Shown piece by piece: positions 9,250-19,596 of a stretch of 64,000 nucleotides of DNA. The notes under the pieces were generated by a model. The model was not told where the DNA came from, made no database searches, and worked only from the letters and a program-made list of their open reading frames with translations. Where the stretch lies: contig JANMQY010000030.1 of NCBI GenBank assembly GCA_031370785.1, positions 19,085-83,084 of the forward strand, in the 5' to 3' direction. The first letter of the stretch is position 1, and each line of letters begins with the position of its first letter. Source of the DNA: Candidatus Eiseniibacteriota bacterium (GTDB taxonomy: Bacteria; Eisenbacteria; RBG-16-71-46). Position numbers and translations under genes: made by a program.

Positions 9250-9963
9250 TCAGTGCCCGTACCACCGCTTGCGCCATTGCTCCATCTGCGTGATCTCTTT
9301 CTTCTGGGCGCCGATGATACTCAGAGCCATCTTCCTGATCTCTGGGTGAGTAGCTTTTGACTGAGCATCCTCGGCCATCCTGATCGCTCCTTCGTGATGA
9401 GGGATCATCATGTCGATGAAGCGGTCCTCGTAGTCAGCATCCTTCTGTCCGAGATGCTTTACCATCATGTCATTCATCATCGACATGTGCTTCATCATCT
9501 TATCGGCATTCGCCATCCCATTAGGCGTGTTCGCGCCATACCACGTCGCGCGCCACTCCTTCATCTGGTCGATCTCCTTCTGCTGCCCGGTGATGATGCT
9601 CTCGGCCAGCTTCTTCAGTTCCGGTCGATTCGCCTTCTGTTGCGCGTCCTTCGCCATCATGATGGCCCCTTCGTGATGCGGGATCATCATGTCAATGAAG
9701 CGATGATCGTAGCGGGAATCACCCTTTTGGAGGTCGCGAACCATCATGTCGTTCATCATCGACATGTTCTTGGTCATATCCTCGGACATCATCATGCCCC
9801 CCGACATAGTTGCACTGTCGCCGTGACCCGCCATGTCTCCACCCTGCATGGTCGTGTCGCTGGAGCTCGGGGGCATCGTGTCGGACGCCGGGTGTCCTCT
9901 GTTGTCCTTTGCGCATCCACTCGCAACAATTGCTAGTGCGGCTAGCACAATTATGCTTTTCAT
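9250..9963 (-). CDS. DUF305 (CopM-like) Met-rich lipoprotein
   Basis: Lipobox ASGC; two repeats of RFIDMMIPHHEGAI.MA; GAGGAGG RBS before ATG 9963. Confidence 0.9.
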   Translation of the reverse strand: MKSIIVLAALAIVASGCAKDNRGHPASDTMPPSSSDTTMQGGDMAGHGDSATMSGGMMMSEDMTKNMSMMNDMMVRDLQKGDSRYDHRFIDMMIPHHEGAIMMAKDAQQKANRPELKKLAESIITGQQKEIDQMKEWRATWYGANTPNGMANADKMMKHMSMMNDMMVKHLGQKDADYEDRFIDMMIPHHEGAIRMAEDAQSKATHPEIRKMALSIIGAQKKEITQMEQWRKRWYGH

Positions 9964-10007
9964 TGCATTCCTCCTCATTTGTGATGAGTCTGCAGACTCC
10001 TCCGAAC

Positions 10008-10230
10008 GAGCCTCTTCGTCGGTGAAGAACCACTTTGCGGTCACAGAGTCAACTCCTCCTCCCTCGCTGTGCCGCGTCGCTGCGCCCGCGTCTGAACCAG
10101 GTGTTGTCACTGATCTCATCCGGCAAGCGCGTGGACGCAGGCGACCTTCGCAAGTGAGTCATCTACGAAACGACCAGATAGATCACGAGGCCTCCGAGTG
10201 CCACCCAGCACACCCAGCACATCAGGTTGA
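10008..10230. repeat. Diverged direct duplication, copy 1 (copy 2 at about 15632-15855)
   Basis: Collinear shared blocks gagcctcttcgtcggtgaaga, gacgcaggcgaccttcgcaagtg and tcatctacgaaacgaccagat. Confidence 0.9.
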
Positions 10231-10281
10231 CCTTCCCCCCACTGGCTCAGCTCAAGATGCCAGTCTCTGCGGGTTGATCCG

Positions 10282-10747
10282 CTACCCGACGCTGGAGCAT
10301 TCGGGCTCGCTCAAAGCGAGCTGCTCGGGGACCTCGGCTCTTTCGACTTCGGCACGATACTCGGCCGGAGTCCTCTGCCCCAAACTCCCGTGGGGCCGGC
10401 GGTTGTTGTACTCGTCCCGCCACGCATCGAGCACCACGCGGGCGTCGATGAGCGACGAAAAGTAGTGTTGCGATAGGCACTCACGCCGGACCTGGGCGTT
10501 GAAGCTCTCGATGAACGCGTTGTCCGTCGGCTTGCCCGGCCGACTGAAGTCGAGCTTCACGTGGTTCGCGTATGCCCACTGGTCGAAGAGCCGCGACGTG
10601 AACTCGGTTCCGTTGTCGACGTGGATCGCCGTCGGCAGGCCACGCTCAACGCCAGCGCGCGTCAGCACGCGCGCGCCGTCGGCACCGCGGAACGATCCGC
10701 CGACCTCGAGCGCCACGCACTCGCGCGTGAACGTGTCGAGCACGGTC
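10282..10747 (-). pseudogene. IS3 transposase, integrase-core C-terminal part
   Basis: LDTFTREC, DNGTEF, PGKPTDNAFIESFN and YNNRRPHGSLG motifs. Confidence 0.9.
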
Positions 10748-13075
10748 TGCGGGTTCCGAAAACTCCTGCCGAGATGATTCCGGAAACTCCTGCCGGTTGA
10801 ACGAGCCGGGCTCCGATAGCGTGGCCACCCGAACGCACGCGGATGAACCGCGTCGTCAGGAGGCCAGGGAGGATGATCGGAGCCATGGCAAGACACCGAG
10901 TTCAGGTACTGCGGGCCGCCGGGCTGCCGCAGGTGCGAATCGCGGCGATCGAAGGAATCTCGGAGCGAAGCGTGCGGACGATCTGCGGCGAGGCGCCGAT
11001 CGAGGACCCGCGCGACGTGGCGCAGGCGCGCGAGCGGGGCGTGGGACGACCCAGCGTGTCGGCACCGTTTCGGGATCGCGTGGTGGCCGTGCTCGCGGCT
11101 GAACCGGCACTGCCGACGATGGAGATCCTGCACCGGCTGCGCGGGCAGGGCTACGCCGGCGGCAAGAGCGCGCTCTACGAGCTGGTGTGCGAGCTGCGGC
11201 CGAGGCTCACCACGCCGTTGGTGCGGTTCGAAGGGGTGGCGGGCGAGTTCTCGCAGCACGACTTCGGTCAGGTCGAGGTGCGCTACCTCGACGGCACGCA
11301 CGAGCGGCTCCACTTCTTCGTGTCGCGGTTGAAGTACTCGCGCTGGGTGGACGTGCGCGTGGTCGAGAACGAGGGCGTCGAGTCGCTGGTGCGCAGCCTC
11401 CTCGCGGGTTTCGAGAGCTTCGGCGGCGTGCCGCTGGTGGCGGTGTTCGACAACCCGAAGACGGTGGTGATCAGCCGCAAGGACAGCCGCATCCAGTGGA
11501 ACGACACGTTCGGCCAGACGGCGCTCGACTACCGCTTCGCGCCGGAGCTGTGCACGCCGCGCCGCGGACAGGAGAAGGGCTCGGCGGAGAACCTGGTCGG
11601 GTTCGTGAAGAACGGGTTCTTCAAGGTGCGTCGGTTCCACGACCACGCCGACTCGTGGTGCAGCTGGAGGCCTGGCATCTCGAGGTGAACACCGTGCGGC
11701 CGTGTCGGGCGACGGGCGTGCCGCCGGCGGAGCGGATCGCGGCGGAGCGCGAGCGGATGCGACCGCTGGCGATCCCGGCAGCCGAGTACGCGCTGCGCTT
11801 CTCGGTGTTCGTCGGGCCGACCGGTCTGGTGAGCTTCCAGGGCTACCGTTACTCGATGCCGCCCGAGACGATCGGCATCCCCGGGATGCTGTGGTTGTAC
11901 CCGGAGCGCGTGCGCATCGTCGCCGGCCGCTTCGAACGCGAACACGCCCGCGTGCCCGAGCAGGGCAAGGACAGCTTCCATCCCGAGGATCGTGCCGCGC
12001 GGCTGGCGCAGGTCGCCGGCAAGCGCGGCCGGCTCTACTTCAAGCGCCAGGAGATCCTCGACCTGGGGCCGGCGGCGGAAGCGTTCCTCACCGAGATCGT
12101 CCATCGCCATCGCTTCACCTGGCAGGGTGAAGTCGAGCAACTGCCCGGGGCGCTCAGCCAGCACGGGCCCGCCGCACTCCATCGTGCGCTGACCATCGCC
12201 AACGAACGCGAACTCTACGGCGCGCCGCACGTGCTCCGCTTGCTGGCGAAGGAGGTGGCCTGATGCATGCGCTCGATCTCGACGGTATGCTCAAGCGCCT
12301 GCACCTGCCCACCGTGCGCCGGCTCTATCCTGAGTGCGAGGTGCGCGCCGAGGCCGACGACCAGTCCTACCGCGACTTCCTCGCCACGCTGATCGCCGAG
12401 GAGGTCGCGCATCGCGCCCAGACCCGCATCGAGCGCTCGGTGCGCAAGGCTCGCTTCCCGTTCCTGCGCACCATCGAGGACTTCGACTTCACGTTCCAGA
12501 CTTCGGTGCGTCTGCAGCTGCTCGGCAGCTACCTCGGCCCTGAACTCGTCAGTGAGGGCCGCAGCCTGATCCTGTGCGGGCCCACCGGCACCGGCAAGAC
12601 CCACCTCGGAATCGCCATCGCCTATCGCGCCATCCAGAACGGCTACGAGGCGCTGTTCACCAGCGCCGCCGAGATGATCGAGACGCTCTCGGTCGCCGTG
12701 CGCCGCGGTGAGCTGGCGAGGACGCTCGCGCTCTACACGCACCCGCCCGTTCTCGTGATCGACGAGGTCGGGTATCTCACCGTCGGTGGCGACGCCGCGA
12801 ACCTCATGTTCCAGGTCGTCAACGAGCGCTACCTGCATCGGCGCCCGATGTTGTTCACCACCAACAAGCCGCTCGCCGCGTGGGGGCTTGTCTTGCACGA
12901 CCCCGATCTCGCCGAAGCGATCCTTGATCGCGTGCTCGAGCGAGGCCGGCTGGTCGAGCTACGCGGCGCGTCGTATCGTACCCGCCACCTCAAGCGTGCC
13001 GAAACAGACCGGAGCCACAGCCCGTCACCGGCAGGAATATCCGGAAATCACCGGCAGGACATCCCGGAACCCACA
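10748..13075 (+). mobile_element. IS21-family element
   Basis: TG...CA ends with IRs TGCGGGTTCCG/TGTGGGTTCCG, tandem subterminal repeats, and a 5-bp target duplication CGGTC (10743-10747 and 13076-13080). Confidence 0.93.
10873..12263 (+). pseudogene. istA: IS21 transposase IstA with a frameshift near 11652
   Basis: QHDFG, FDNPKT and QEKGSAEN in one frame; the C-terminal GYRYSMP part is in another frame. May be a sequencing error. Confidence 0.85.
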
Positions 13076-13123
13076 CGGTCAGCACGCGTAGCTTCCTGCC
13101 ATCCGCCAGGGCGTCACTCATGA
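12263..13123 (+). CDS. istB: IS21 helper ATPase IstB
   Basis: Walker A GPTGTGKT, LVIDEVGY, TTN, AILDRV, GASYR; TGATG coupling to istA. Confidence 0.95.
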   Translation: MHALDLDGMLKRLHLPTVRRLYPECEVRAEADDQSYRDFLATLIAEEVAHRAQTRIERSVRKARFPFLRTIEDFDFTFQTSVRLQLLGSYLGPELVSEGRSLILCGPTGTGKTHLGIAIAYRAIQNGYEALFTSAAEMIETLSVAVRRGELARTLALYTHPPVLVIDEVGYLTVGGDAANLMFQVVNERYLHRRPMLFTTNKPLAAWGLVLHDPDLAEAILDRVLERGRLVELRGASYRTRHLKRAETDRSHSPSPAGISGNHRQDIPEPTRSARVASCHPPGRHS

Positions 13124-13271
13124 AGTCCATCGCCCAGAGATGGTTGGTTCCCGTGGCCACGATCGTCTCGGTGATCCCGAGCTCGCGGCAGACTTCGCCG
13201 ACCACCACTCCACCCTCGACGCGCTTGAGCGCGTGGGCGATCTGCTCGACCGCGAACCTGCTCGTCCTCAT
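13076..13271 (-). pseudogene. IS3 OrfA start fused in frame to the OrfB core start
   Basis: MRTSRFAVEQI...VCRELGITET joined directly to NHLWAMDFMSDALADGRKLRVLTV. Confidence 0.85.
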
Positions 13272-13372
13272 CCTGGGTCCTCCTCCTTGGCGTTCAGGAG
13301 GCCCCGAGGCTAGCTCAAAATGACAGCCCTGCTGCTCCAGGAAGCGGGAAGCGGATCAGGCGAACGCCTGCT

Positions 13373-13774
13373 TCATGCCCTGTCGAGCGCCCGCTGAAGG
13401 CGCTCGCGCGCCTCGCGCATCGGGCCCTCGAACTTGGAGGCGTCTCGCATCACCTTGAGCATGGCTTCAGGATCGAGGATCGAGACGACCGCGTTGCCCT
13501 CATCGTCCTGCCTGACCACGACGTTGCAGGGAAGCAGGAGGCCGACGCCCGGATCCGTGCTCAACGCCTGGTGGGCCAGAGTCGGATTGCACGCTCCCAG
13601 GATCACGTAGTTGGGAAAGTCCGCGTTCAGCTTGGCCTTGAGCGTGGCCTTGACGTCGATCTCCGTCAGCACGCCAAAGCCCTCTTCCTTGAGCGCCGCC
13701 TCGATGCGATGTCGTGCGGCTTCATAAGAGACGCCCTTGAATGTGCGCGTGAACCCGTATTCGGTTGCCAACAT
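13373..13774 (-). CDS. DUF302 family protein
   Basis: GFGVLTEIDV, ILGACNP and LLLPCNVVV motifs. Confidence 0.92.
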   Translation of the reverse strand: MLATEYGFTRTFKGVSYEAARHRIEAALKEEGFGVLTEIDVKATLKAKLNADFPNYVILGACNPTLAHQALSTDPGVGLLLPCNVVVRQDDEGNAVVSILDPEAMLKVMRDASKFEGPMREARERLQRALDRA

Positions 13775-13787
13775 CTGTCCGCCTCTC

Positions 13788-13910
13788 CTACTTGTCGCCT
13801 CGCCTTTTCGCGAGGAACCGGACCAGCACGATCAGGAGGCCGGTCCCGCCGATCCACCACAGAACCATCCATCCGCCTCCCCAGCCACCCATGTTGCCCA
13901 TGTTGTTCAT
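13788..13910 (-). CDS. 40-aa Met/Gly-rich single-TM small protein
   Basis: MNNMGNMGGWGGGWMVLWWIGGTGLLIVLVRFLAKRRGDK; GGAGG RBS; fills the gap between co-oriented genes. Confidence 0.7.
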   Translation of the reverse strand: MNNMGNMGGWGGGWMVLWWIGGTGLLIVLVRFLAKRRGDK

Positions 13911-13929
13911 GAGACTTCCTCCCGCCGGC

Positions 13930-15138
13930 TCAGAAGGCCCACATTAGCTCGGCGATCGCGCTCCGGTCTCGGGACAAACCGGTCGATCTCAGGAACTGGG
14001 ATTCAAGCGTGAGTCGCACCTGGGTCTGTGCCCAGAAGGACACACCGATCGTCGGCCCGTCGGTAATCTGATCATCCCCGACAGGGGCTTCGCTGTTTGC
14101 GTAGTCGTAGCGCGCGAATCCGGCCCATCGATCTGCAAGCAGGAACTCCCCGAGCAGGAACCCGCCCGAGGTCGCGAGTGATCCAGCCCCGGCCGGCTTG
14201 TCGCTCCCCCAGAGAAGCCCCAGCACTCCCTTCGCCCTTGGCCCATAGGCATTGGCGAACAGCGCGACCCTCTCGTAGTCGATCGAGGGTTGTCCGGGAG
14301 AGGCTGCGATCTTGCCTTTGTAGCCGAACCCGCTTAGGGCGTTCCCCTTCTCGCCCATGAGGTATTCCGCGCTCGCATAGACATCCGTGTGGCTGTCACC
14401 TGCGAGATCGTCGATCTGGGGCTGGCCCGCGCCTACGTATGCATTCCACCTCGACAGGTCCACCATCCCCACCTCAACTCCACGCAGGCGCGTCACCGGT
14501 GCCCAAGGACTCTCGGCTCTCGTCGGCGTTTTCAGGACTACGGGCCGAGATAGCGGCATCTGGGCGGCACCCCCGTTGAAGAGGATCGCGAAAGGAAGGA
14601 GTTGGCCGAAGCGCAGGGAAGCGAAACGAGGGCTCCAGGAGGTGTTGAACTGGGCATAGGCCTGTTCCACCTCGACGCCTCCGCCCTCGATGTCGAACGC
14701 CAGGGTCGCGAGGCCGGACCAGTGCTGATCGAGTGGCCCGCCGATCCACGCCTCGACCTCGCCCGGATGGAAAGCGGCCTTCTCATGAGCGCGTGCTTCG
14801 TAAGTCTGGTGCCCCATCAGTGTCAGGTAATCGCGCCATTCCATCGGCAGGACCTCGCCCAGTGGACGATCGGTGGCGGCGACCGGAGGCGTTTTGGCCT
14901 CTCGCGTCCCCATGACCATGCCCGTCTGCGTCGCCATCCCTCCGCGTTCCTCGCGAAGGCCGCGGCGGACGTAGGCGTGCCCATCCTCGTTGAGCTCGGG
15001 CAGCCGGAAGTGGCACATCTGGCACTTGGCCGACTCGCGCCGCGCGAAGGCGGGCACCGCTCGAGAACTCTGGACTAGCGCAAGGGACAAGCCGGCTACG
15101 AGGAGCAGCAGGCACAGAACAGCGGTCGCCAGCTTCAT
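13930..15138 (-). CDS. Cyc2/ExtI-like monoheme cytochrome fused to a porin-like beta-barrel
   Basis: Signal peptide, then VPAFARR...CQMCH...PELN; amphipathic strands; terminal Phe (WAF). Confidence 0.75.
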   Translation of the reverse strand: MKLATAVLCLLLLVAGLSLALVQSSRAVPAFARRESAKCQMCHFRLPELNEDGHAYVRRGLREERGGMATQTGMVMGTREAKTPPVAATDRPLGEVLPMEWRDYLTLMGHQTYEARAHEKAAFHPGEVEAWIGGPLDQHWSGLATLAFDIEGGGVEVEQAYAQFNTSWSPRFASLRFGQLLPFAILFNGGAAQMPLSRPVVLKTPTRAESPWAPVTRLRGVEVGMVDLSRWNAYVGAGQPQIDDLAGDSHTDVYASAEYLMGEKGNALSGFGYKGKIAASPGQPSIDYERVALFANAYGPRAKGVLGLLWGSDKPAGAGSLATSGGFLLGEFLLADRWAGFARYDYANSEAPVGDDQITDGPTIGVSFWAQTQVRLTLESQFLRSTGLSRDRSAIAELMWAF

Positions 15139-15264
15139 CGGTCTACCTCCGCGCGGGGCTTGCAGAGCACGCGATTGGTCACACGCCCATGGTCCACATG
15201 GCGCGCGCCACTAGTTGCTTGTTCTGAGGAGTGCTCTAGGCACTCGTCACCACGCGAGTGCAGG

Positions 15265-15279
15265 GCCAGATTCATGCCA
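15265..15279 (-). promoter_or_regulatory. Possible sigma54 -24/-12 promoter
   Basis: TGGCATGAATCTGGC has the GG-N10-GC spacing and lies about 125 bp upstream of the cytochrome-porin gene; the -12 match is imperfect. Confidence 0.3.
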
Positions 15280-15529
15280 CCACGCTGCCGCCGCAGGCAA
15301 CCCGCACAAACCCGAGTGAACGCAGGTGATGGGAGTCGGAAGCTCTCAATCCGACGGGGCGACGCTCTCCGGAACTGGCGGAGTCCACGGAGAAAGGTGC
15401 ACGCGCAACGGTAGGATCTTCAAAGTCAGGAGCGGCCGGTGAGCACCACGAGCCAGCGGGCGGCCCCAGCATCGGGACGCCCACGCCGGTCGTCGCAGGC
15501 CATACTGTGGCCGATTGGTCGCCGGTTCA

Positions 15530-15669
15530 AAGTCCTCATGAGCCCCGTGTTCGAGCTCGACTTCGAGTCCGCGGCGGAACTGGCCGAGATCCACCACTGC
15601 CCAGTCGATGCCGAGAGTTTCGCCGATCTCGCGAGCCTCTTCGTCGGTGAAGAGCCGCTTTGGGGCCAT
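15530..15669 (-). pseudogene. Truncated DUF5661-like protein
   Basis: FTDEEAREIGETLGIDW...QFRRGLEVELEHG, after which recognisable similarity is lost; AGGAGG RBS. Confidence 0.65.
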
Positions 15670-15855
15670 GCGTCAACTCCTCCTTTCACGCTGTACCGCG
15701 TCGCTGCGCCCTCGTCTGCACCACGTGTTCTTACTGATCTCATGCGGCAAGCGCGTAGACGCAGGCGACCTTCGCAAGTGTGTCATCTACGAAACGACCA
15801 GATGGATCACGAGGCCTCCAAGTGCCACCCAGCACACCCAGTACATCAAGGTTCA
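15632..15855. repeat. Diverged direct duplication, copy 2
   Basis: Matches 10008-10230. Confidence 0.9.
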
Positions 15856-16075
15856 CCCACCAGACTTTGTGGGCTGCTCCCGAAAGTTCAAGACGGTGCT
15901 TGTCGAGCATTCCCCAGCCGTGCAATAGCCCTCCCGTCACCAGAACAACCACCGCGCTCTGCCTGAATGTGGAGGCGAAGAGGGCGCCAAGGCCGACTCC
16001 CAAGACGAACGCCCCCACACCAGAGGTGAGTTCGGCGAGTTTCAGGCGGTTCCGCGCGCTGCTGTTGCCAACCAT
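15787..16075 (-). pseudogene. Small membrane protein with an apparent +1 frameshift near 15849
   Basis: TGATG coupling to ackA. Removing one T (as in duplicate copy 1) restores the ending WWVNLMYWVCWVALGGLVIHLVVS-stop. Confidence 0.7.
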
Positions 16076-17214
16076 CAGGCATCTGCCCTGGATGCTGGGA
16101 CCCTGGCATGGATAGTTTCCGCGCACCGAAGCATTTCTCGAAGAATGATCAGGTCCTCCCGCGCACGAACGACGAGGATTCGCACGTCTGAGTCACGCCG
16201 CGCGATGTCTGCGTCAGGAGCCGCAGACCGGTTTTTCTCATCGTCCAAGTGCGCGCCGGCGAACGAAAGCGCAGAGACCACATCGCGACGAACTCGGCTG
16301 CTGTTTTCTCCGATGCCACCGGTGAAGACCAGAACGTCGCATCCGGCGAGGACGCTCGTCATGGCGCCGACGGCGCGTTTTGCACTCAGGACAAAGCGGT
16401 CATACGCGACGGCCGCACGGGACGATCCGGACTCCGCGGCGCTGAGCACCTCCCGGAGATCCGCCGAAACACCCGAGACACCGAGCAAGCCTGAGCGTGT
16501 GCTGAGCGTTTCGAAGATTTCAGCGGGAGTCACCCCGTGCTGGAGCTGGAGATAGAGGAGCAGGCCCGGATCGACAGAGCCGGAACGGGTCCCCATCATG
16601 AGTCCCTCGAGCGGGCTGAATCCCATCGTCGTATCGACGGAGCGCCCTTCGGCCACGGCCGAGACCGAGCATCCGCTCCCCAAGTGGCAGACGACAAGGC
16701 GCGGCACCACGCCTCCGGTCAGCTCACGCGCTCGCTGTGAGGAGTAGGCGACACTCAGGCCATGAAAGCCAAACCGCCGGAGATCCCACCTCTCAGTCCA
16801 TTCGAAGGGCAGGGCGTAGCCGGCGGCCGCCGCGGGGAGAGTAGCGTGAAATGCCGTGTCGAACGCCACGAACTGCGGGACGGCGGGAACCTGCGCCTGG
16901 ACGGCGTCGATGCCCTCCAGCGCCGACCGCATATGAGCTGGATCCCGCTCGACCAACGATTCAAGGTCCGCTCGAACACGCGCATCTAGGACCTTCGTCT
17001 CGCGATGACGTGTCCCGCCATGAACGATGCGATGGCCAACTGCGTCGAACTCAGGAACGCCATGCAAAACGGCCTGGATCTGGTCGATGCGTCGCACCTC
17101 CCCCACACCGGTCCATGACACGGTACCTCCCGCCAACGTGGCCTCGTCCGTCGCATCGAGCACCCCCCACTTGAGCGTGCTCGAGCCGCTGTTGAGAACA
17201 AGGACCCGCCTCAC
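16075..17214 (-). CDS. ackA: Acetate/propionate kinase
   Basis: [34 protein letters not shown] and [13 protein letters not shown] overlap with xfp. Confidence 0.93.
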   Translation of the reverse strand: MRRVLVLNSGSSTLKWGVLDATDEATLAGGTVSWTGVGEVRRIDQIQAVLHGVPEFDAVGHRIVHGGTRHRETKVLDARVRADLESLVERDPAHMRSALEGIDAVQAQVPAVPQFVAFDTAFHATLPAAAAGYALPFEWTERWDLRRFGFHGLSVAYSSQRARELTGGVVPRLVVCHLGSGCSVSAVAEGRSVDTTMGFSPLEGLMMGTRSGSVDPGLLLYLQLQHGVTPAEIFETLSTRSGLLGVSGVSADLREVLSAAESGSSRAAVAYDRFVLSAKRAVGAMTSVLAGCDVLVFTGGIGENSSRVRRDVVSALSFAGAHLDDEKNRSAAPDADIARRDSDVRILVVRAREDLIILREMLRCAETIHARVPASRADA

Positions 17215-19562
17215 CGCGACCATCTCCAGTGCTTTACCTCCGGCATGTCGTCGCCGTGCGTTCTGATGTATGCATTGTGCTCGGCGAGCTTCTCATGCAT
17301 CGCTTCCCGAATGTGCGCGGCACGTGTAGCGAGGCAAGGTACGCGTTCGGCGATGTCGATCACTCGATGGAATCGGTCGAGATCGTTGAGCACGGTCATG
17401 TCGAAGGGAGTCGTCGTCGTTCCCTCTTCCTTGTACCCGCGCACGTGCAGGTTCTTGTGATTCGTGCGCCGGTAGGTCAGGCGATGGATGAGCCAGGGGT
17501 AGCCATGGAAGGCAAAGATGATCGGCTTGTCCGGTGTGAAGAGCGCGTCGAAATCTTCGTCGCTGAGCCCGTGCGGATGTTCACTCGCCGGCTGGAGCCG
17601 CATGAGATCTACGACGTTGACGACGCGCATCTTGAGATCGGGAGCGAGCGAGCGGAGAAGGTCGACGGCCGCGAGCGTCTCGAGGGTGGGGACGTCGCCG
17701 CAGCACGCCAGCACGACATCGGGCTCGGAGCCCTTGTCGTTGCTCGCCCACTCCCAGATCCCGATACCCAGGGCGCAGTGCCTGATCGCCTCGTCCATCG
17801 TCAGCCACTGGAGCTCTGGCTGCTTGCCCGCGACGATTACGTTCACGTAGTTGAGGCTACGCAGGCAGTGATCGGTCACAGAGAGAAGTGTGTTGGCATC
17901 GGGTGGCAGGTAGACTCGAATGACCTCCGCCTTCTTGTTCATAACGTGGTCGATGAATCCCGGATCCTGATGGCTGAAGCCGTTGTGGTCCTGGCGCCAG
18001 ACATGCGAGGTCAGCAGGTAGTTGAGCGAACCGATCGGTCGCCGCCAGGGGATGTGGCGGGTGACTTTCAACCACTTGGCGTGTTGATTGAACATCGAGT
18101 CGACGATGTGAATGAATGCCTCGTAGCATGAGAAGAACCCGTGGCGGCCCGTAAGCAGGTAGCCCTCCAGCCATCCCTGGCACTGATGCTCACTCAGCAT
18201 TTCCATCACCCGGCCATCCTGCGCCACGTGCTCGTCGCCCTCAAGGATCTCGGCCATGGACGCGCGGTCGGTGACTTCGAAGACGGCCGCCCAGCGATTG
18301 GATGTGGTCTCGTCTGGGCTGAAGATCCTGAAGTTTGTTGGGTTGCGCTTGATAACGTCGCGGATAAGCTCGCCCTGTACCCGCGTGGCCTCGCCTAGGA
18401 TCGAGCCAGGACTTGGCACTTCGAGCGCATAGCGACGGAAGTCCGGAACCTCGAGATCGCGTAGCAGAACGCCGCCATTTGCATGGGGGTTTGCGCTCAT
18501 GCGGCGCGCCCCCTTCGGCGCGAACTCTCGGAGTTCGGGATTCGGTCGTCCTTGTACGTTGAACAGCTCTTCCGGCCGATAGCTCTTCATCCAAGCCTCG
18601 AGCAGGTGGATGTGCTCAGGACGATCCATATCGCCCATCGGGACCTGGTGCGCCCGGAACGTCCCCTCAACCGCACGCCCGTCGACTACTCTTGGGCCCG
18701 TCCAGCCTTTCGGGCTGCGAAGGACGATCATCGGCCAGCGCGGGCGAGTGAGCACACCGCGGACGCGCGCGTCCAGCTGGATATTCTTCAATGCATCGAC
18801 AACACCATCCAGGGTCGTAGCCATCTGCTGGTGCATCGCGGCTGGTTCGGCTCCCTCCACGAAATGGGGTTCAAATCCATAACCCCGGAGCAGCTGTTCA
18901 AGCTCACGTTGCGAGATGCGGGCGAGAACCGTTGGCCCAGCAATCTTGTAGCCGTTCAGGTGCAGGATCGGCAGCACGGCACCGTCGCGTGCGGGATTCA
19001 AGAACTTGTTCGAGTGCCAGCTCGTCGCAAGAGCACCGGTCTCCGCCTCGCCGTCACCGATGACACATGAGATGACGAGGTCGGGATTGTCGAACGCCGC
19101 ACCATAGGCGTGCGACAGCGCATAGCCAAGCTCGCCGCCCTCGTGGATGGAACCGGGGGTCTCCGGCGCGACGTGGCTGGGGACGCCTCCCGGAAAGGAG
19201 AACTGTTCGAACAGACGCTTCATCCCAGGTTCGTCCAGGGACACGTCCGGATACACTTCGCTATAGGTCCCCTCGAGGTAAGCGTTGGCGATCGCTGCAG
19301 GCCCGCCGTGGCCCGGCCCGAACAGGCAGATCATATTCAGATCATGCTGCCGAATGACCCGGTTCAGGTGTGCGCAGATGAAGTTCAGGCCCGGGGTCGT
19401 TCCCCAATGCCCGAGCAGCCGTGGCTTGAGATGCTGGTGCTGGAGCGGCTCGCGAAGCAGTGGGTTGCCGCGAAGATAGATCTGGCCCACCGACAGGTAG
19501 TTCGCGGCGCGCCAGTAGGCGTCGAGTAGGTCGAGTTCCTCTCGCGATGGTGCAGCATTCAT
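17211..19562 (-). CDS. xfp: Phosphoketolase (XFP)
   Basis: [24 protein letters not shown] and [11 protein letters not shown] motifs. Confidence 0.97.
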   Translation of the reverse strand: MNAAPSREELDLLDAYWRAANYLSVGQIYLRGNPLLREPLQHQHLKPRLLGHWGTTPGLNFICAHLNRVIRQHDLNMICLFGPGHGGPAAIANAYLEGTYSEVYPDVSLDEPGMKRLFEQFSFPGGVPSHVAPETPGSIHEGGELGYALSHAYGAAFDNPDLVISCVIGDGEAETGALATSWHSNKFLNPARDGAVLPILHLNGYKIAGPTVLARISQRELEQLLRGYGFEPHFVEGAEPAAMHQQMATTLDGVVDALKNIQLDARVRGVLTRPRWPMIVLRSPKGWTGPRVVDGRAVEGTFRAHQVPMGDMDRPEHIHLLEAWMKSYRPEELFNVQGRPNPELREFAPKGARRMSANPHANGGVLLRDLEVPDFRRYALEVPSPGSILGEATRVQGELIRDVIKRNPTNFRIFSPDETTSNRWAAVFEVTDRASMAEILEGDEHVAQDGRVMEMLSEHQCQGWLEGYLLTGRHGFFSCYEAFIHIVDSMFNQHAKWLKVTRHIPWRRPIGSLNYLLTSHVWRQDHNGFSHQDPGFIDHVMNKKAEVIRVYLPPDANTLLSVTDHCLRSLNYVNVIVAGKQPELQWLTMDEAIRHCALGIGIWEWASNDKGSEPDVVLACCGDVPTLETLAAVDLLRSLAPDLKMRVVNVVDLMRLQPASEHPHGLSDEDFDALFTPDKPIIFAFHGYPWLIHRLTYRRTNHKNLHVRGYKEEGTTTTPFDMTVLNDLDRFHRVIDIAERVPCLATRAAHIREAMHEKLAEHNAYIRTHGDDMPEVKHWRWSR

Positions 19563-19596
19563 GGGTAATCGATCTCCTCGCGCTCTGCTGCCCCGA

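Larger units (their letters stand above)
10275..13358 (-). mobile_element. IS3-family element, internally deleted and interrupted by IS21
   Basis: Imperfect terminal IRs TGATCCGCTACCCGACGCTGGAGCA and TGATCCGCTTCCCGCTTCCTGGAGCA; transposase pieces flank the IS21. Confidence 0.8.

Noticed and set aside
9300..9770. Internal nucleotide repeat
   Set aside because: Explained by the duplicated DUF305 domains.
10748..10800. Short tandem repeats as a possible CRISPR array
   Set aside because: Only two copies per end; they are IS21 subterminal repeats, and no cas genes are present.
10282..11646. 454-aa minus-strand ORF as one gene
   Set aside because: It is a chimera of antisense istA and the IS3 C-terminal fragment.
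11640..11665. Programmed frameshift in istA
   Set aside because: No slippery sequence is evident; a 1-nt deletion or sequencing error is more likely.
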